Shown piece by piece: positions 48,280 through 57,258 of a stretch of DNA of 64,000 bases (its first letter is position 1; every line of letters begins with the position of its first letter). The notes beneath the pieces were generated by a model. That model saw nothing but the letters and a program-made list of their open reading frames with translations, did not search any database and was not told the DNA's origin. The stretch is from Vulcanimicrobiota bacterium (GTDB taxonomy: Bacteria; Vulcanimicrobiota; Vulcanimicrobiia; Vulcanimicrobiales; Vulcanimicrobiaceae), in NCBI GenBank assembly GCA_963786105.1, contig CAWAXX010000017.1, positions 1 through 64,000 on the forward strand, read 5' to 3'. Both the position numbers and the translations under genes were made by a program.

Positions 48280-48317
48280 CAGGTGGAATCGTTCTTCTCG
48301 GGAATTGCTGCCAGTCC

Positions 48318-50042
48318 ATGACGTACTCGAGCGTTAGCAAACCCACGAAACTCTATCGCATCGATGAACGTGGCGGATTTGAGATTGCGGCGCGAGGATT
48401 CGACGTGCTGCGAACCCCCCAGATCAACAAGGGCACGGCATTCACGCACGCTGAACGACGGGCACTAGGCCTGACGGGCCTGCTTCCACCAGCCGTTCTA
48501 ACGATCGAGCAACAGGCCGAGCGCGCCTACCAACTCTTCAAGAGCCAACCGAACGATCTCGCCAAGTACGCATTCCTAACCGCGATGCAGGAGCGCAACG
48601 AAACGCTCCTCTTCCATTTGCTCGCCGCTCACGTCGTCGAAATGCTGCCCATCGTCTACACGCCCACCGTGGGTTTGGCGATCCAGCAATACAGTCATCA
48701 GTTCCGCCGGCCGCGCGGCATTTTTCTTTCGATCGACCGCCCCGATGAAATCGAAGAAGCGCTCGCTCAGGGCGGCGCTGGCGCGGACGACGTCGATCTT
48801 CTGGTGGCAACCGACGCCGAAGCGATTCTCGGAATCGGCGATTGGGGCGTTGGCGGAATCGACATCTGCGTTGGTAAGTTATCGGTGTATACTGCCGCCG
48901 CGGGAATCGACCCGCTGCGCGCGATTCCGGTCATGCTCGACGCCGGCACCGACCGTCAATCGCTGCTCGACGATCCCCAGTACCTCGGATATCGTCATCC
49001 GCGTATCCGCGGCGAGCAATACCACGCGTTCGTCGATAAGTACGTCTCGGCCGCCTTGCGCTTGTACCCACATGCCCTGTTGCACTGGGAAGACTTTAAT
49101 GCGGTGAATGCGCGATGGATCCTCGACACCTATCGCTCGTCGACATGTACGTTCAACGACGACATTCAGGGCACGGCCGGGATCGTGCTGGCTGCCGTGA
49201 TGTCGGCAATAAAAGTCGCTGGTGGAAGACTACGTGACCAAAAAGTCGCGATCTTCGGGCCGGGCACCGCCGGTTGCGGTATTGCCGATCTCATCCGCAA
49301 CGCGATGATGAACGAGGGGCTCTCGGACGAAGCCGCCGCCCGCCGATTCTGGTTAGTCGGCCGGAGCGGTCTGCTGACCGGCGATATGGGAGGTCTTCGC
49401 GATTTCCAGAGACCGTACGCGCGGCCGGCAGACGAGGTCGCCGCATTCGATCGCGACGGCGAGCGCGGCATCGGCCTGGAGGAAGTGGTGCGCCGAGTTC
49501 AACCGACGATTCTCATCGGGTCGTCGGCCGTCGCCGGAGCGTTCACCGAGGCGATCGTACGCGAGATGGCAAAGGGCACGCCACGCCCGATCATTCTGCC
49601 GCTTTCGAATCCTACCGCGCTCGCCGAAGCCGTACCGGTGGATCTGATTCGATGGACCGGCGGCAAGGCGCTGATTGCGACCGGAAGTCCTTTCGAACCG
49701 ACGATTTACGACGCCGCGACGTACACGATCGCGCAAGCGAACAATGCCATGCTGTTCCCGGGTCTTGGTTTGGGGACGATCGTTACTCGCGCTCGATTGA
49801 TCAGCGATGGGATGTTTACAGCGGCTGCGTGCACGATTGCCGACATGGTGGATGCATCGCAGCTCGGCGCGTCAATCCTTCCCGCGGTCGCGAACGTTCG
49901 AGAGGTGTCGGTGCACGTCGCCGTCGCCGTGGCCGAACGCGCGATACGCGAGGGTCTCGCGCGAATCAATCCGCCTAACCTCGAAACGGCGGTTCGCAAC
50001 GCCATGTGGGAGCCGAAGTACCGCTCCATCAATGCGGTGTAA
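48318..50042 (+). CDS. maeA: NAD-dependent malic enzyme
   Basis: NKGTAFT, PIVYTPTVG, ILGIGDWG, FNDDIQGT, PLSNPT, QANN..FPGLGLG. Confidence 0.95.
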   Translation: MTYSSVSKPTKLYRIDERGGFEIAARGFDVLRTPQINKGTAFTHAERRALGLTGLLPPAVLTIEQQAERAYQLFKSQPNDLAKYAFLTAMQERNETLLFHLLAAHVVEMLPIVYTPTVGLAIQQYSHQFRRPRGIFLSIDRPDEIEEALAQGGAGADDVDLLVATDAEAILGIGDWGVGGIDICVGKLSVYTAAAGIDPLRAIPVMLDAGTDRQSLLDDPQYLGYRHPRIRGEQYHAFVDKYVSAALRLYPHALLHWEDFNAVNARWILDTYRSSTCTFNDDIQGTAGIVLAAVMSAIKVAGGRLRDQKVAIFGPGTAGCGIADLIRNAMMNEGLSDEAAARRFWLVGRSGLLTGDMGGLRDFQRPYARPADEVAAFDRDGERGIGLEEVVRRVQPTILIGSSAVAGAFTEAIVREMAKGTPRPIILPLSNPTALAEAVPVDLIRWTGGKALIATGSPFEPTIYDAATYTIAQANNAMLFPGLGLGTIVTRARLISDGMFTAAACTIADMVDASQLGASILPAVANVREVSVHVAVAVAERAIREGLARINPPNLETAVRNAMWEPKYRSINAV

Positions 50043-50055
50043 GCTTCGGCCGTCC

Positions 50056-50418
50056 TCAGTGGGGCATTTCGTCGTCGCTGAGTCCAAAGTAGTGCCCGAG
50101 TTCGTGAATCAAGGTGTCGCGAATTTCCCGCACCGCCTCGTCGCGTGATCGAGTAACGCGAGCGATCGGACCTCGAAAGAGCGCGATCTCGTCAGGTAAT
50201 AACGGCATATTATGCGTCCGATCGGTAAGCGCGACGCCCCGGTAGATACCTAGGAGCTCCGAATCGCCGCCGCCGCCGTCGTCGTCGATGCTCTCGAGAT
50301 CGTCCGCGCTGGGCTCGTCCTCGACGGCAATGACGACGTTCTCGACTAGGTCGGCAAACCGCTTCGGAAGCGACTCCAATGCTTCGCCAACTACCCGTTC
50401 GAATTCGTCCTTCGTCAT
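50056..50418 (-). CDS. Minimal zincin metallopeptidase (Zincin_1 / DUF1025-like)
   Basis: FERVV.EAL..LP, LLGIYRGV, PDEI.LFR.PI, IHELGHYFG. Confidence 0.88.
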   Translation of the reverse strand: MTKDEFERVVGEALESLPKRFADLVENVVIAVEDEPSADDLESIDDDGGGGDSELLGIYRGVALTDRTHNMPLLPDEIALFRGPIARVTRSRDEAVREIRDTLIHELGHYFGLSDDEMPH

Positions 50419-50502
50419 ACTGCTCTCGGGCAGGGGAAAACCCGAAGTCGTGGGCTAACGGGCACGATCATCCTCCGAAATCCACCGCCGTCGTTCTAAG
50501 GC

Positions 50503-50955
50503 ATGTTTGGCGAACTGACATCGAGCGCAATCGAGGCTCTGCTCCACGAAGAGGTCGTAGCTAGAATCGCCTACGTCGATCGCCGAGGTTTGCCGTGCAT
50601 CGTCCCGATTACCTACGCCTACGACGGTCGCGCCCTCTACGGATATAGTTTGTTGGGAGCAAAGATCGAGAGCATGAGTGCCCATCCACGGGTGTGTGCC
50701 GAAGTCGATCGGGTCATTAATGCAGCGGATTGGTACTCGGTCGTCGTTCGCGGAACCTTTGAACAACTCCACGGCGATGCCGCCGTCGATGCCGTCGATC
50801 GGATTTCGAGTCGCCTCAGGAACATCGCAGCCGCCGCCCAAGCCCCAGCGATGGCGTGGCGAACGTTCGTCGGGCGCACGGGCGGACCGGGCATCGCCTA
50901 CCGCATTCAGATAACGGAGAAGCACGGCCGCTACTCAACATCCGAGACCGAGTGA
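50503..50955 (+). CDS. Pyridoxamine 5'-phosphate oxidase-like flavin-binding protein
   Basis: P.IVPITYAYDG, G.KIE.M..HPRVC.EVD, W.SVVVRG.FE. Confidence 0.85.
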   Translation: MFGELTSSAIEALLHEEVVARIAYVDRRGLPCIVPITYAYDGRALYGYSLLGAKIESMSAHPRVCAEVDRVINAADWYSVVVRGTFEQLHGDAAVDAVDRISSRLRNIAAAAQAPAMAWRTFVGRTGGPGIAYRIQITEKHGRYSTSETE

Positions 50956-51104
50956 ATCGCGCTCGTGCGCCATGCGCTCCGCCGACGCCCACCCCGTGGG
51001 TGACGCCGTACCGCTTCGTGTCACCCACCGCCTCCGATACGCCGGTAAGCGCCTATTACGCCGGCAGCGCCTGCACCGACTGCGAGAACGTCACCGCCGG
51101 TGTC

Positions 51105-51716
51105 CTAGGAGCGAATTCGTACGATATTCAGCTGCGCATCGAATACGACGACCGCGTGGTCGGCCGGGTTTTCGAGTAGCATCACGCGGCGGTCGTGGGG
51201 CTTGAGCCCGCCAATGCTCCATTCGGCGACGCGCGCGTCGGGCAGTTTCGTCTTCGCGATCGCTTCGCGCTCCATTTGCGCGAGCCGCGCAAACGGAACG
51301 GCCTTCGGGTCGAAGACGAGCCGAGCGATTTGCGGCGGGGTAATAACGACGCCGGCAGGCGAGACGAGTTTTTCGGGTATCGGACCTAACATCGTGCCGT
51401 TGGTCTGAATTAAATATCGGACGAGATTGCCGTGGCGGGCAGGCGACCGCACGTCGACCGTCAGGCCCCCAGCTGCACTCGCGCTGATCAAGACAATCCG
51501 CAGCGGTAGCCCCGCGCTAGCCGCCACCGCGTCGAGCCCGCGCGTCACGGTTTGTCCGTCCGTGAGAAACGGATTGATCGCTCCGGTAACGGCGGGCATG
51601 CCCAGTTTGGGGTCGCCGGTCCCATATGAGACGCTCGCGGCGTTCTTCGATCCGGAGCAGGCGGTCAGCAACGCAATCGTTGCAGCGATCGTGGCGGTCG
51701 ATAAAAAGCGCATCAT
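51105..51716 (-). CDS. Hypothetical lipoprotein
   Basis: Lipobox LLTAC after a hydrophobic signal. Confidence 0.65.
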   Translation of the reverse strand: MMRFLSTATIAATIALLTACSGSKNAASVSYGTGDPKLGMPAVTGAINPFLTDGQTVTRGLDAVAASAGLPLRIVLISASAAGGLTVDVRSPARHGNLVRYLIQTNGTMLGPIPEKLVSPAGVVITPPQIARLVFDPKAVPFARLAQMEREAIAKTKLPDARVAEWSIGGLKPHDRRVMLLENPADHAVVVFDAQLNIVRIRS

Positions 51717-51732
51717 GAACGCGCATTTTACT

Positions 51733-53328
51733 CTATCGATTGGGAAAACGCAACGTTTGCAGAATAGCCGGTACGAGCTTTGTCTGAAAGCTATTCCAGA
51801 CGGGATATTGATCGTAGTTTGCGGCCGCGATCATTATCGCCAGATCGAGGTCCGGGAAGACGTAGAGTAACTGCCCGCCGTTGCCGCCTGCGTTGATCGC
51901 TCGAACGGTACGGCCTTGATAGGCATAGTCGACCAGATGCCATCCGTAGCCGTAGTTCCCGCCGCCGTCTTCGATGTAGGAATGTTTCGTCGATACGAGC
52001 GTTAGCCACGCGGGGTCGATGACGGGGGTATCGTGCCAGCGCCCTCGTCTGAGAAAAAGTTCGCCGAATTTCAGAAAATCGCGCGGCCGAAAGAGATCGC
52101 CGCCGGCCATGTATGCATCGTCGACTGGAGGCGGTACCAACCACATACCATACGCGCCGAACTCCATCGGGCGCGCGAAGCGCTCGTAAAAATACTCGGG
52201 AAGCCAGCGTCCCGTTTCTTTGGCGACGATTGCCCCCAAGAGATTGATTTCGGCGCTGCAATAGAGGGCGCGCGTACCCGGTGTGAAGAGCATGGGTAAG
52301 TCGAGGGTGTAGCGATACCAGTCGGGCTGCACTTTCTGCGCCTGCATCCGGTCTTCGTTGCCGGGAGAAGCATCGTCGTTGTCGTCACATGCGTATCCAG
52401 CCGACATCGACATCAGATCGGCGACGGTAATGGCCTGCTTGCGAGCGTCGTCGTTCTCGAATGGCAGGTACGACGTGAGAATCGTCGCGATGCGGGTATC
52501 CGGCGAAAACGGTGCGCCGTCGGAAATGGCGCGTCCTACCAATAAGGTCGTGACGCTCTTGCCGGCAGAGCGAACGTCGTGCGGGCGATCGGCAGCGTAA
52601 CCGTTAAAGTATTCGTCGAGTACCAGCTTTCCGTGACGCTCGATCAGCACGCCTTGAATGTAGGGAGCCTTCAGAGCGGGCACCGTGGCGGCGATATCGT
52701 CGACGATCCGCGCGATCGCCGGTTCGTCGAATCCAGTTTCCGCCAGCGACCCAACTCGCCAGCCGTCGCCGCCGGCCGCCGGCATTCGGTACGCGTACGG
52801 CGTCGCAACGGGCGCCGGCGATTCGCGTGTGAAGACGAACGTGCCGGGCAAAATCGGATCCCGGAGCGTTAGGGAATTGCGATCGTACGGTGACCACGAC
52901 CCGATGATGTCGCGGGCACCCGTTCGTTTCAGACGAAGAGTGCTACCGCGTAGGCTGACCGAGCGCAAACCGATGAACGCTCCGACGTTTTGTTCGGGGT
53001 TGCGCATGAACGCCGTCAGCCCGCCGCCCGACGCCGGTTGAATAAACAGGCACAGGTGTTGCACGTCCGGGAGGGGGTCGATCGTGCCTTCCCACGCCTC
53101 GGGAAGCGACGCCATCGCGTCCACCGGGATGGCAATGGGCGAAGGGTTGTCGGCGTTGCCGGGCTGGATCCATTGCACTGCAGGGCGACCCCCCGGGCGC
53201 ACTCTGAGCCGGCTCCGGTTAACCACCGCCGGGCCGGCAGTGTACTCGCGTTGCGCGCCCCATATTCCGATCAAAGAGCCTGGACCGGATTGAGGCGCGG
53301 AGACGGCGAGCAGCGGGCCGAAAAGCAT
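51733..53328 (-). CDS. Serine hydrolase, beta-lactamase/class C-like family
   Basis: HDVRSAGKS (SxxK), ITVADLMSMSAG, YCS, YGYGW, AGGNGGQ. Confidence 0.88.
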   Translation of the reverse strand: MLFGPLLAVSAPQSGPGSLIGIWGAQREYTAGPAVVNRSRLRVRPGGRPAVQWIQPGNADNPSPIAIPVDAMASLPEAWEGTIDPLPDVQHLCLFIQPASGGGLTAFMRNPEQNVGAFIGLRSVSLRGSTLRLKRTGARDIIGSWSPYDRNSLTLRDPILPGTFVFTRESPAPVATPYAYRMPAAGGDGWRVGSLAETGFDEPAIARIVDDIAATVPALKAPYIQGVLIERHGKLVLDEYFNGYAADRPHDVRSAGKSVTTLLVGRAISDGAPFSPDTRIATILTSYLPFENDDARKQAITVADLMSMSAGYACDDNDDASPGNEDRMQAQKVQPDWYRYTLDLPMLFTPGTRALYCSAEINLLGAIVAKETGRWLPEYFYERFARPMEFGAYGMWLVPPPVDDAYMAGGDLFRPRDFLKFGELFLRRGRWHDTPVIDPAWLTLVSTKHSYIEDGGGNYGYGWHLVDYAYQGRTVRAINAGGNGGQLLYVFPDLDLAIMIAAANYDQYPVWNSFQTKLVPAILQTLRFPNR

Positions 53329-53380
53329 ACGTCGATCGTGACGGACTGCCGTCGTAAGGTCCTCAAGAAAGGATCAATTC

Positions 53381-54706
53381 GTGTACCGCTTTGCGAACTT
53401 CACCCTCGACCCCGATCGATCGGTCCTGGCTGCCGGCGGAGTTCCGATTCCGCTCGCGCGCAAAGCCGTCGACACGTTGAGCGCGCTGGTTGAAAACGCC
53501 GGCAACGTCACGAGCAAGACCGAGCTGATGGATCGCTTGTGGCCCGAGGGTTTCGTTGAAGAGTCCAACCTGACGCAGTACGTGTACTTGCTGCGCCGGA
53601 CGTTTCTGGCGTATGGCATTCGCGAGGCGATTGCGACCGTTCCCCGACGCGGCTATCGTTTTACGCTGCCGCTGCGCACGGCAGGCGAACGCGCGCCGGA
53701 GCGAGTCCGGCCAAAGTGGTGGCGCGCCATCGCAGCGGGACCGCTGCTCGTGCTCGGATTCGCGCTGCTCGGGCCCTCGGGGAACGGGGGCGCCCAATCG
53801 CTCGGGCCTGACGACCGGCAGTCGTACCTCGTCGGGCGTTACTACTGGACGCTGCGCACGGTTCCCGCGTTATTCCGAAGCATCGAATACTTTCAACGCG
53901 TTGCGCGCGATGCGCCGGCCAATGCGCTGGCTTTCTCCGGATTGGCCGATGCGTACGTCGGCCTGTACGATTACGCGTGCAACGACCGACGCTCGTGCGC
54001 TCGATACGCAGCGCTCGCGCAGCGTTACGCGCGCCGCGGCGTATCGATCGACCCAGACTCGGCGGCGGCGCGTACGTCGTTTGCGATGGTGCTCCACGTC
54101 TTCGCTCGGGACGACGGGCGTGCGGACGAAGAGTTTCAGCGCGCCGTCGCGCTCGACTCCAGCTACGCGTTGGCGCACGAGTGGTACGGAAACTCCCTGC
54201 TCGTTCGAGGACGCTTGCAACCTGCGTTGCGCGAGCTCAAGATCGCAGCGGCGTTGGATCCTATCGCCCCGGCCACGTACGGGTGGCTCGCGCGCACCGA
54301 ATACTACGCGCATCGTTACCCGGCGGCGATCGCCTACGCGCACGAAGCGCTGGCCATCGATCCAACGCGCTCCGAGACGCGACTGGTCCTCGGCCTAGCC
54401 TACGACCGGGCGGGTGACCGGCGCAACGCGATCGACACACTCGGAGGGATGGCGAACGCGCCGGCATTGATTGCCGGCGTCGAGGCGCATTTCGGCCACT
54501 CGGAGCGCGCGCGCGTGCTCATCGCTCGCGGAGCGAACGACGATCTCGACGTGGCGCTCGACCTCGTCGCGCTTCGGCGGTTCGACGACGCACTGCGCCG
54601 CTTGAAACGCGTGCGACACCTCGACCCGATGTCGCGCGCATTTTTGGCTCTGGATCCGCGCTTGGATTCCGTCCGTTCGGACCACCGCTTCAAAGAATGG
54701 ACCTGA
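53381..54706 (+). CDS. CadC-like winged-helix regulator with TM segment and TPR repeats
   Basis: YRFANFTLD, K.ELMDRLWP..FVEESNL, IATVPRRGYRF, TPR-like repeats. Divergent from the serine hydrolase. Confidence 0.85.
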   Translation: MYRFANFTLDPDRSVLAAGGVPIPLARKAVDTLSALVENAGNVTSKTELMDRLWPEGFVEESNLTQYVYLLRRTFLAYGIREAIATVPRRGYRFTLPLRTAGERAPERVRPKWWRAIAAGPLLVLGFALLGPSGNGGAQSLGPDDRQSYLVGRYYWTLRTVPALFRSIEYFQRVARDAPANALAFSGLADAYVGLYDYACNDRRSCARYAALAQRYARRGVSIDPDSAAARTSFAMVLHVFARDDGRADEEFQRAVALDSSYALAHEWYGNSLLVRGRLQPALRELKIAAALDPIAPATYGWLARTEYYAHRYPAAIAYAHEALAIDPTRSETRLVLGLAYDRAGDRRNAIDTLGGMANAPALIAGVEAHFGHSERARVLIARGANDDLDVALDLVALRRFDDALRRLKRVRHLDPMSRAFLALDPRLDSVRSDHRFKEWT

Positions 54707-54745
54707 CACGAAGAGCGCGAAAGCGGCGGCCCCTGGAGGTAGACA

Positions 54746-55030
54746 ATGGCCCTGCGTAAATTCATCATCGAACGCGATATCCCCGGCGTCGGAACCCTGG
54801 AACGCGAGCAGCTTCGCGAAGCCGCCGGGAAGTCGAACGCCGCTCTCAATCAACTCGCTCCCGACATTCAGTGGGTCGAAAGCTACGTCACCGGCGATAA
54901 GACGTTCTGCGTATATCTCGCCAAAGACGAAAGCTTGATTCACAAGCATGCCGAGATATCCGGCTTTCCCGCAACGAAGATTACCGAAGTCCGCAAAATG
55001 ATCGATCCGACGACCGAAGCGCCCGCATAG
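54746..55030 (+). CDS. DUF4242 family protein
   Basis: FIIERDIPG, IQWVESYV..DKTFCVYLA, HA..SGFPA.KITEV. Confidence 0.85.
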   Translation: MALRKFIIERDIPGVGTLEREQLREAAGKSNAALNQLAPDIQWVESYVTGDKTFCVYLAKDESLIHKHAEISGFPATKITEVRKMIDPTTEAPA

Positions 55031-55074
55031 TTTCCCGAAAACGAAAATGCCATACGCATGGCACAATTCGATCC

Positions 55075-55080
55075 TACAAT
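55075..55080 (+). promoter_or_regulatory. -10 element of a probably leaderless endonuclease/tRNA transcript
   Basis: TACAAT 6 nt before ATG 55087; no Shine-Dalgarno. Confidence 0.5.
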
Positions 55081-55086
55081 CCGTGC

Positions 55087-55584
55087 ATGGAACAACCACG
55101 TCTAAAACGCGACACCAAACGGATTGGCGATCGGTCCGAGATTGAAGCTCTCGCCGCGTTAACACGAGCGGGATATCACGTGTCCGTCCCTTTCGGAGAG
55201 AGCCGGCGATACGATCTCATCGCCGACAAGGACGGAACGTTACTGCGCGTGCAAGTTAAAACGGGACGTTTGCGAAACGGGGCTATTCAGTTCAACTGCT
55301 ACAGCACTCATTCACATCGGCATGGCTCCTCATGTCGGACGTATGCCGGTCAAATCGAAGCGTTCGCCGTTTACTGCCCCGACGTCGAGGCGGTCTTCTT
55401 GGTCCCCGCGCAGGCCGTCACTACGTGCGGATTCTTGCGCTGGGCGCCGGCTAAGAATGGCCAGAACCGTAAAGTCCGCTTGGCGAGGCGGTATCTGCTG
55501 CCCGGGAGCTCCACCCACGAGGTAGGGGGCCAGCCAGCAGATGGAGTATCCGAAGCTGGCGCGTCCCCTGGATTGCCGTTGTAG
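55087..55584 (+). CDS. PD-(D/E)XK endonuclease of the group I intron-associated family (PDDEXK_5, I-Ssp6803I-like)
   Basis: GDRSE..ALAAL..AGY.VSVPFGE..RYDLI...RVQVKT...Y..QIEAFAVYCP. Confidence 0.85.
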   Translation: MEQPRLKRDTKRIGDRSEIEALAALTRAGYHVSVPFGESRRYDLIADKDGTLLRVQVKTGRLRNGAIQFNCYSTHSHRHGSSCRTYAGQIEAFAVYCPDVEAVFLVPAQAVTTCGFLRWAPAKNGQNRKVRLARRYLLPGSSTHEVGGQPADGVSEAGASPGLPL

Positions 55585-55649
55585 CTTAGTGGTAAAGCAC
55601 GTCATTGGTAATGACGAGAGCGCGGGTTCAATCCCCGCCAACGGCTCCA
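55575..55649 (+). tRNA. tRNA-Thr(GGU)
   Basis: GCCGTTG/CAACGGC acceptor, loop TT-GGT-AA, T-loop TTCAATC, ends TCCA. Confidence 0.96.
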
Positions 55650-55720
55650 CTTTACCCTCGTCGTTTCGCCAGCCGGCAGCCTTTTGGGTGACGGATGGGT
55701 GACGGAACGGCTAAACGTAT

Positions 55721-56974
55721 ATGAACGATACCTGTCGCCTTTGTGGTAAGAGCGCTGACCTTCGTAACAGCTACCTCATACCTAATTTTGTTTTGAAGCG
55801 CTTCTATCGCACGTCGCCGACCGGCGGCGCACGCACTGTTGGCGAGCCAAACCGGCGAGTGCAAGGAACCTACGATGAAAGGCCGCTGCTTTGCTCGGAT
55901 TGCGAGGTCTCGTTTGGCCGTCGCGAGACGATCTGGGCTCCGATGGATCGGCGTCTTTCGGGGACTTTGCCCTGGGCGTTAGAGTGCTTAGAGGAGCACC
56001 GATATTTCGCCGCGTCAATTGTGTGGCGCACGCTCAAATGGCGCTGCGATGCGGCGGACCCAGGTTGGCATTCGTTTACAGATGATGACAAGGAGGCGAT
56101 TCGCAACGCCGAGGAGAGTCTTCGAGCGTACCTGCTCGGCGAGCGAGCCTGGGCTGACGACTGTCCATGGCTCCATCTCATTGTTCCGCCTCACGGATTC
56201 ACTGATGGTCCGAAAAACGTAAATACGTATCTAAGGGCTGGCCTGGACACCACCGTCAACGGTCACGATGACGGCCTTTACTGTGTCGTGGTGCTCGCTG
56301 GGTACCTCGTGGCGGCCGTTTTGCGCGTAAACGGAGATCACCTCATTACGTGGACGTTAGGAACCGAGCTACGGCCCGGCAACACTGTCCACGCAAATCC
56401 GTATGCGTTTCCGCAAGACCCAAACTTTCGGGAAGTTTTGGCTTGGCGTGCGGCCGAAATCAAAAGGGGTATCCTAAGCAGCACTCAGCAACAAAATGTC
56501 AACCGAAGGCTCGAGGCCGCGATTGATCCCGCAAAAGCAGCGAGCGCGTTAGCCACACTGATAGCTACACTTCCAAGGAGTTTCAGCGAGTGCGCGAAGC
56601 GTTGCTTGCGTGCAACGACGCTGATCGTGCGTATCTCCGTCGGTGGATGCTGCGCTGGATCGATAACTACGGGCACGTCCGTCCCGAAGCGGAGAAGTTG
56701 CCCGAGAAAGGCTGCTAGTGCGAACGGAAGTGGAAAACTGCTGCGAGAGGTGAGTAGCGTGCACGACGTTCGGGGTGCGCCGACGACTACGGAATGCGCG
56801 GCTGCATCGCGGGCGATTGGTACGTCCCGTGTGAGAATCCGAAGTGTGCGGGGTTTTGCGAACCTGATGGCTGTAAATGCCACGGCGCAACGACATTACC
56901 CGCGTAGGAGCGCACCAACGCCGATCAGCGCCGCAATCGCGGCTCGACGCCTTCTTGGTGAAAGCCATAGCTAA
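55721..56974 (+). CDS. Zinc-binding HNH-like protein; C-terminal ~150 aa probably read-through
   Basis: CRLC...SYLIP...LLCSDCE..F...E pattern. Sequence after about 56520 looks non-coding. Confidence 0.55.
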   Translation: MNDTCRLCGKSADLRNSYLIPNFVLKRFYRTSPTGGARTVGEPNRRVQGTYDERPLLCSDCEVSFGRRETIWAPMDRRLSGTLPWALECLEEHRYFAASIVWRTLKWRCDAADPGWHSFTDDDKEAIRNAEESLRAYLLGERAWADDCPWLHLIVPPHGFTDGPKNVNTYLRAGLDTTVNGHDDGLYCVVVLAGYLVAAVLRVNGDHLITWTLGTELRPGNTVHANPYAFPQDPNFREVLAWRAAEIKRGILSSTQQQNVNRRLEAAIDPAKAASALATLIATLPRSFSECAKRCLRATTLIVRISVGGCCAGSITTGTSVPKRRSCPRKAASANGSGKLLREVSSVHDVRGAPTTTECAAASRAIGTSRVRIRSVRGFANLMAVNATAQRHYPRRSAPTPISAAIAARRLLGESHS

Positions 56975-57258
56975 CGCCACAGGTTTATCGCTTGCGGCCT
57001 GCCCGCGCATCCTGTGGGACTGGCGTTCCGCATCTACGGCATTTGGGATACGGCCTGCTGGTCGGCACCCGCGACAGCTTGATGGCAGGTTGAGCAAGGG
57101 CTTGCTTTCCAGGCCGATTGGGAGCATGATTCAGGAAGGCCGCGGTCCGCCAGCGCCGCCAGTTTTGCGCGCGGCGCGCCTCTCCGTTGCACGCCGTGGT
57201 CGCCGTCTTTCGATGACACGTTAGCGGCTGTCATCCAGAGAGAAAGAGCGGAATCATT

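Noticed and set aside
55087..55649. Group I intron in a tRNA
   Set aside because: tRNA-Thr(GGU) is contiguous, and no split tRNA half or intron core is evident around the nuclease.
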